NCBI GenBank assembly: GCA_964633415.1
Contig: CAZWFY010000008.1
Location: forward strand, 1,898 to 65,897
DNA from: an uncultured Clostridia bacterium
Lineage (GTDB): Bacteria; Acidobacteriota; Aminicenantia; UBA2199
DNA length: 64,000 nt
Direction of reading: 5' to 3'
The translations under genes were made by a program, and so were the position numbers. The notes under the pieces were generated by a model that did not search any database, had not been told where the DNA came from, and was given only the letters and a program-made list of their open reading frames with translations. This document shows positions 60,494 through 64,000 of this stretch, piece after piece. Position 1 is the stretch's first letter. Each line of letters begins with the position of its first letter.

Positions 60494-60963
60494 TCTTCGA
60501 AGATCTTCAACCAGTGATCAATCTCCCCTTCGCTTAACTTTGTATCAATTCTCTTCTGCTTCTGTTCTATTTCTCCTGAAGCTCGATAGGACCTTTTCAA
60601 TTCATAGTAGAATTCGATGGAATTTATTATCTTCGCACCCTTTTTTCTTGCCACATCTTTTAACTCCCTGTCTGAAGTGACAACGGTAACATCTCTGAAA
60701 TAGTTATAGCCGTTCAAAATTTTCTTGATCACATCATCAGCCGAATTCCCGAATCCCGGATATTTTATACTTATTTTTTCCGTCGGATTTTTTTCATGAG
60801 AAAAATCCGACGGCTCTCCGTCAAATACAACAATTACCTTGCTCTTCTTTCTTCTCTGAAATTTTCTGACGAGTCCAAGCAATTTTTCTCTGGAATCGCT
60901 ATCCTCGAGAGAGATATCCGGGGAACTCCCTATCACATTATTTCCGTCAATTATATATGGCAT
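60490..60963 (-). CDS. YacP-like NYN-domain (PIN-like) RNase
   Basis: The MPYIIDGNNVIG N-terminus is typical of the YacP/Rae1 family. Confidence 0.6.
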   Translation of the reverse strand: MPYIIDGNNVIGSSPDISLEDSDSREKLLGLVRKFQRRKKSKVIVVFDGEPSDFSHEKNPTEKISIKYPGFGNSADDVIKKILNGYNYFRDVTVVTSDRELKDVARKKGAKIINSIEFYYELKRSYRASGEIEQKQKRIDTKLSEGEIDHWLKIFEE

Positions 60964-61620
60964 CTATAATTCTATTTTATCTCCGGGATTCATGATGATA
61001 ATTTCACTCATATTCCCGACAAATTTTTTAAATTCCTCAGGGGAAGAGATGATTGCCGGGAATGTATCATAATGGATCGGAACTGCTTTTGGAACTTTTA
61101 AAAGCTCTACCGCTTTTGCCGCAAGTCTCGGCGTCATATTAAATCTTCCGTCAATGGGAAGAAAAGCAATATCCGGTTCATATAATTCACCGGTTAACTG
61201 CATCTCCATTGATACTCCGGTATCTCCGGCATGATAAACTTTTTTTCCATCCATCTCAACAACAACCCCGACTGCCGTTCCTCCGAGTCCGCCGGAATGA
61301 AATGCGGGAACCATTGATACTTTAATTCCACTGTTCTCGATCGTTCCGCCGACACTCATCTGTTCGGCAGTGATCCCCTTTTCCTCCGCGGCAAGAGCAA
61401 TCTCAAAAAATGAAACAAAAACCGCTCCTGTTCTTTTACAGATATCATAAGCATCTCCGATATGGTCTCCGTGATCATGTGTTACAACAACCATATCACA
61501 CTTTTTTATACTCTCTGCAGTTACAGCCGCTTTTGGATTTCCGGTCAGGAAGGGATCAATCAGCACAATTTTACTCCCTATTAACATTAAAGCCGAATGG
61601 CCCAACCACTTTATTTCCAT
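60964..61620 (-). CDS. MBL-fold metal-dependent hydrolase
   Basis: HDHGDH (HxHxDH) motif. 218 aa. Confidence 0.75.
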   Translation of the reverse strand: MEIKWLGHSALMLIGSKIVLIDPFLTGNPKAAVTAESIKKCDMVVVTHDHGDHIGDAYDICKRTGAVFVSFFEIALAAEEKGITAEQMSVGGTIENSGIKVSMVPAFHSGGLGGTAVGVVVEMDGKKVYHAGDTGVSMEMQLTGELYEPDIAFLPIDGRFNMTPRLAAKAVELLKVPKAVPIHYDTFPAIISSPEEFKKFVGNMSEIIIMNPGDKIEL

Positions 61621-61630
61621 AATTAACTCC

Positions 61631-61969
61631 TTAACCGGGAGGCCAGCTCATTGCCCTGCCACCCAAAAGATGAAGGTGTAGATGAAAAACCGTCTGACCT
61701 GCTTCTTCACCGGTATTAATTACATATCTGAAACTTTCAATATCATTCTCTCTCGCAACCTGATTCCCGACGGAGAACATATGCCCCAAAAGATCTGCGT
61801 TTTTCACATCTTTAACGGAATTATAATGATCTCTCGGAATGATCAGTATATGAAAAGGAGCCTGAGGATTAACATCTCTGAATGCAACAACCTTTTCATC
61901 GGAATAGAGAAATTCAGTATTGAATTTACCCTCTGCTATCCGGCAAAAAATACAATTTTCACTCATCAT
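61631..61969 (-). CDS. HIT-family nucleotide hydrolase/transferase
   Basis: HLHLHLL histidine triad. Confidence 0.85.
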   Translation of the reverse strand: MMSENCIFCRIAEGKFNTEFLYSDEKVVAFRDVNPQAPFHILIIPRDHYNSVKDVKNADLLGHMFSVGNQVARENDIESFRYVINTGEEAGQTVFHLHLHLLGGRAMSWPPG

Positions 61970-63231
61970 ACTTCTATTACTTTTATATCGGCTCCAATCT
62001 TGTTAAGCTTGATATGCATATCCTCATAACCTCTAAATAACTGGTAAGAGTTATCAATAACCGTTTTACCTTCGGCAAGAAGACCGGCAAGAACAAGAGA
62101 AGCGGAAGCCCTCAGATCGGTAGCTCGTACATAGGCACCGGTTAAATGTGTTCTTCCTTTAATTATAGACTTGTTTTCCGAAATTTCAATATCCGCTCCG
62201 AGTTTATTAAGCTCGATTGCATGCTTAAACCTGTTGTTGAATATATTCTCTCTTATTGAAGAAATTCCCTCTATCTGAGTCATCAGAGTCGTAAGCTGTG
62301 CCTGAAGATCCGTCGGAAATCCGGGAAACGGTTCTGTTTCCACGTGAATTCCATTCTTTAACTCTCCTTTTGATACGGACATTATCCCGTTATCCGATGT
62401 TATTCTACAACCAATATTCCCAAGGATATCCAAAACACTCTTTATATGTCCGGGATTTCCCCCTTTTATCTTTATATTATTTCCTTTAAAACATGCTGCG
62501 ATCAGATAAGTCCCGGCTTCAATCCTGTCAGGAATCACAGAGTGAGATGCTCCGTGCAGACTGCTCTTTCCTTTAATGACAAGCATATCGGTTCCGATCC
62601 CATCTATTTCCGCTCCCATAGAAACAAGATATTCCGCCAAATCGGTAACTTCAGGCTCAACGGCACAATTTTTTAGAATAGTCTCTCCTTCGGCAAGTAC
62701 GGAAGCCATTAAAATATTTTCCGTACCTGTAACTGTCTTTCCGGGAAATACAAAATCAATTCCTTTGAGTCTTTTTGATTCGGCTATAATATATCCCTTC
62801 TCCTGTTCGGTATCTATATTAACCCCCATCCTCCTTAAACCTTCGATATGGTAATTAATATTTCTGTCCCCGATATCACATCCTCCCGGCATAGCAACTT
62901 TAGCATATCCGTTACGGGCGATAAGAGGTCCGAGTATTAAAATCGACGATCTTGAGGTTTCAGAGATCTCTCTTTTAACTATGGGAGAAACCAGTCTATC
63001 CATCTTAATCTCCACTCTGTTCGAATCAAGATCCGCCGAACCGCCGATATCCCTTATTGCAGTTAGCATGGTTTTGATATCTTCTATTTCAGGAACCCTT
63101 TCAAGAACACATTTTTCCCCGGTAAGAATTGATGCGGCAAGTTCCGGTAATGAGGCATTTTTAGCTCCGGAAACAGAGACCTCCCCTTCAAGTGCCGTAG
63201 GTCCGTTTATAACCAGTCTGTAATTGATCAT
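61966..63231 (-). CDS. murA: UDP-N-acetylglucosamine 1-carboxyvinyltransferase
   Basis: Start set at MINYRLVINGPTALEGEV by homology; the ORF track extends 23 codons upstream. The catalytic Cys is in the CDIGDRNINYH loop (E. coli Cys115 equivalent); the N-terminal SGAKNASLP stretch is the separate conserved K-containing motif. ATGA overlap with the HIT gene. Confidence 0.9.
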   Translation of the reverse strand: MINYRLVINGPTALEGEVSVSGAKNASLPELAASILTGEKCVLERVPEIEDIKTMLTAIRDIGGSADLDSNRVEIKMDRLVSPIVKREISETSRSSILILGPLIARNGYAKVAMPGGCDIGDRNINYHIEGLRRMGVNIDTEQEKGYIIAESKRLKGIDFVFPGKTVTGTENILMASVLAEGETILKNCAVEPEVTDLAEYLVSMGAEIDGIGTDMLVIKGKSSLHGASHSVIPDRIEAGTYLIAACFKGNNIKIKGGNPGHIKSVLDILGNIGCRITSDNGIMSVSKGELKNGIHVETEPFPGFPTDLQAQLTTLMTQIEGISSIRENIFNNRFKHAIELNKLGADIEISENKSIIKGRTHLTGAYVRATDLRASASLVLAGLLAEGKTVIDNSYQLFRGYEDMHIKLNKIGADIKVIEV

Positions 63232-63399
63232 TGAGGCTACATTATATAGATTTTCACGGCTCATTTCAAGCGGAATAATAAACCAAGTAAAAAAATCCAT
63301 TTAATGACTTTACCGTTTAACCTCTAACAAAATTTTATGAATTTCATTGAATTTTACCGGAATTTTTGATAATGTATCACTTTTTACGGAGGAACTTTT

Positions 63400-64000
63400 A
63401 TGAATAAGGTTATAAAAAAAGAGATCTTATCGGAAAATGTTGTTAAATTAGTTATTGAGGCCGAACAGATCTCAAAAAGCAGAAAAGCCGGACAATTCGT
63501 TATTGTCAAACTCGGAGAGAAAGGAGAACGGATCCCTTTGACAATTTCAGATGCCGATCCGAAAGAAGGAACTATTACACTTGTTATACAGAGAGTAGGT
63601 GCAACTTCTCACAAATTCTTTACACTTAATGAAGGTGAGATAGTTACGGATATAGTAGGTCCTCTCGGAAAACCTACACATATAAAAAAAACAGGGACGA
63701 TCATTGCAGCAGGAGGAGGAGTCGGAATCGCACCTCTCTATCCGATAGCAAAAGCCTATAAAGAAGCCGGAAATAAGGTTATAGTGATCCTTGCAGCAAG
63801 GAACAAAGATCTGATAATACTTGAAAACGAAATGAAAGAATTTGCCGATGAAGTTCTTGTTTATACGGATGACGGAAGTGCCGGAACGAAAGGTCTTGTA
63901 ACCGCAGGCATAGAAAACATTATAAACAGTGAAAGTGTCGATGAAGTTATCTCCATCGGTCCTGCGGTTATGATGAAATTCGTAGCCATCTTGACAAAAA
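63400..64000 (+). CDS. FNR-like oxidoreductase subunit (PyrK / NfnA / sulfide dehydrogenase SudB family), 3' end outside window
   Basis: GGAGG RBS. GQFVIV...RIPLTISD (FAD-binding RxPxS-like) and GGGVGIAPLYP NAD-binding motif. Runs off the window end. Confidence 0.7.
   Translation, partial: MNKVIKKEILSENVVKLVIEAEQISKSRKAGQFVIVKLGEKGERIPLTISDADPKEGTITLVIQRVGATSHKFFTLNEGEIVTDIVGPLGKPTHIKKTGTIIAAGGGVGIAPLYPIAKAYKEAGNKVIVILAARNKDLIILENEMKEFADEVLVYTDDGSAGTKGLVTAGIENIINSESVDEVISIGPAVMMKFVAILTK

Noticed and set aside
63232-63300. A 23-codon N-terminal extension of murA in the ORF track (MDFFTWFIIPLEM...), and similar extensions on fhs, folD, rsmA, prx, DUF4388 and the OMP gene
   Set aside because: Homologue N-termini and internal Met/GTG positions (with an RBS where one is visible) indicate downstream starts. 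The extensions are artefacts of taking the longest ORF.

Overview
This is an AT-rich (about 30% GC by eye), tightly packed bacterial chromosome segment with many overlapping stop/start junctions. It carries the outer-membrane machinery of a diderm: an LptD-like protein, a fused LptF/LptG permease, TonB-ExbB-ExbD, SecD/SecF and an OmpA-like beta-barrel. Its metabolism looks like that of an anaerobic fermenter: formate-THF ligase, butyrate kinase, a PerR-peroxiredoxin pair and an NfnA/PyrK-like reductase. Almost all of it is core housekeeping: purD-purE, mtaB, a lipoprotein-lptD-rsmA cluster, fhs, htrA, a dapF-like gene, the nusA-infB-DUF503-rbfA-nrnA-truB operon, mtnP, buk, guaA-dnaE, ndk, tgt-yajC-secD-secF, folD, valS-birA and murA. 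I found no rRNA, tRNA, CRISPR array, transposase, integrase or phage genes. No self-contained novel system such as a defense island stands out. The most unusual observations are:
- a DapF homologue in which both catalytic cysteines are replaced by Ser/Thr;
- a beta-propeller-like lipoprotein translationally coupled to a compact LptD-like gene, with conserved lptD-rsmA synteny;
- a five-gene ECF sigma / ZAS anti-sigma / LiaF-like / DUF4097 envelope-stress operon, whose GGAAC-N16-CGTT autopromoter has a near-twin upstream of htrA;
- a PerR-prx pair with a clear inverted-repeat operator over the perR -10 box;
- a single-polypeptide LptF-LptG fusion;
- a Rossmann/DUF2520 gene whose GxGxxG N-terminus is encoded upstream of any canonical start codon;
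- an orphan receiver-domain protein with a long acidic disordered tail.
For several genes the start coordinate was refined by homology relative to the supplied ORF track.
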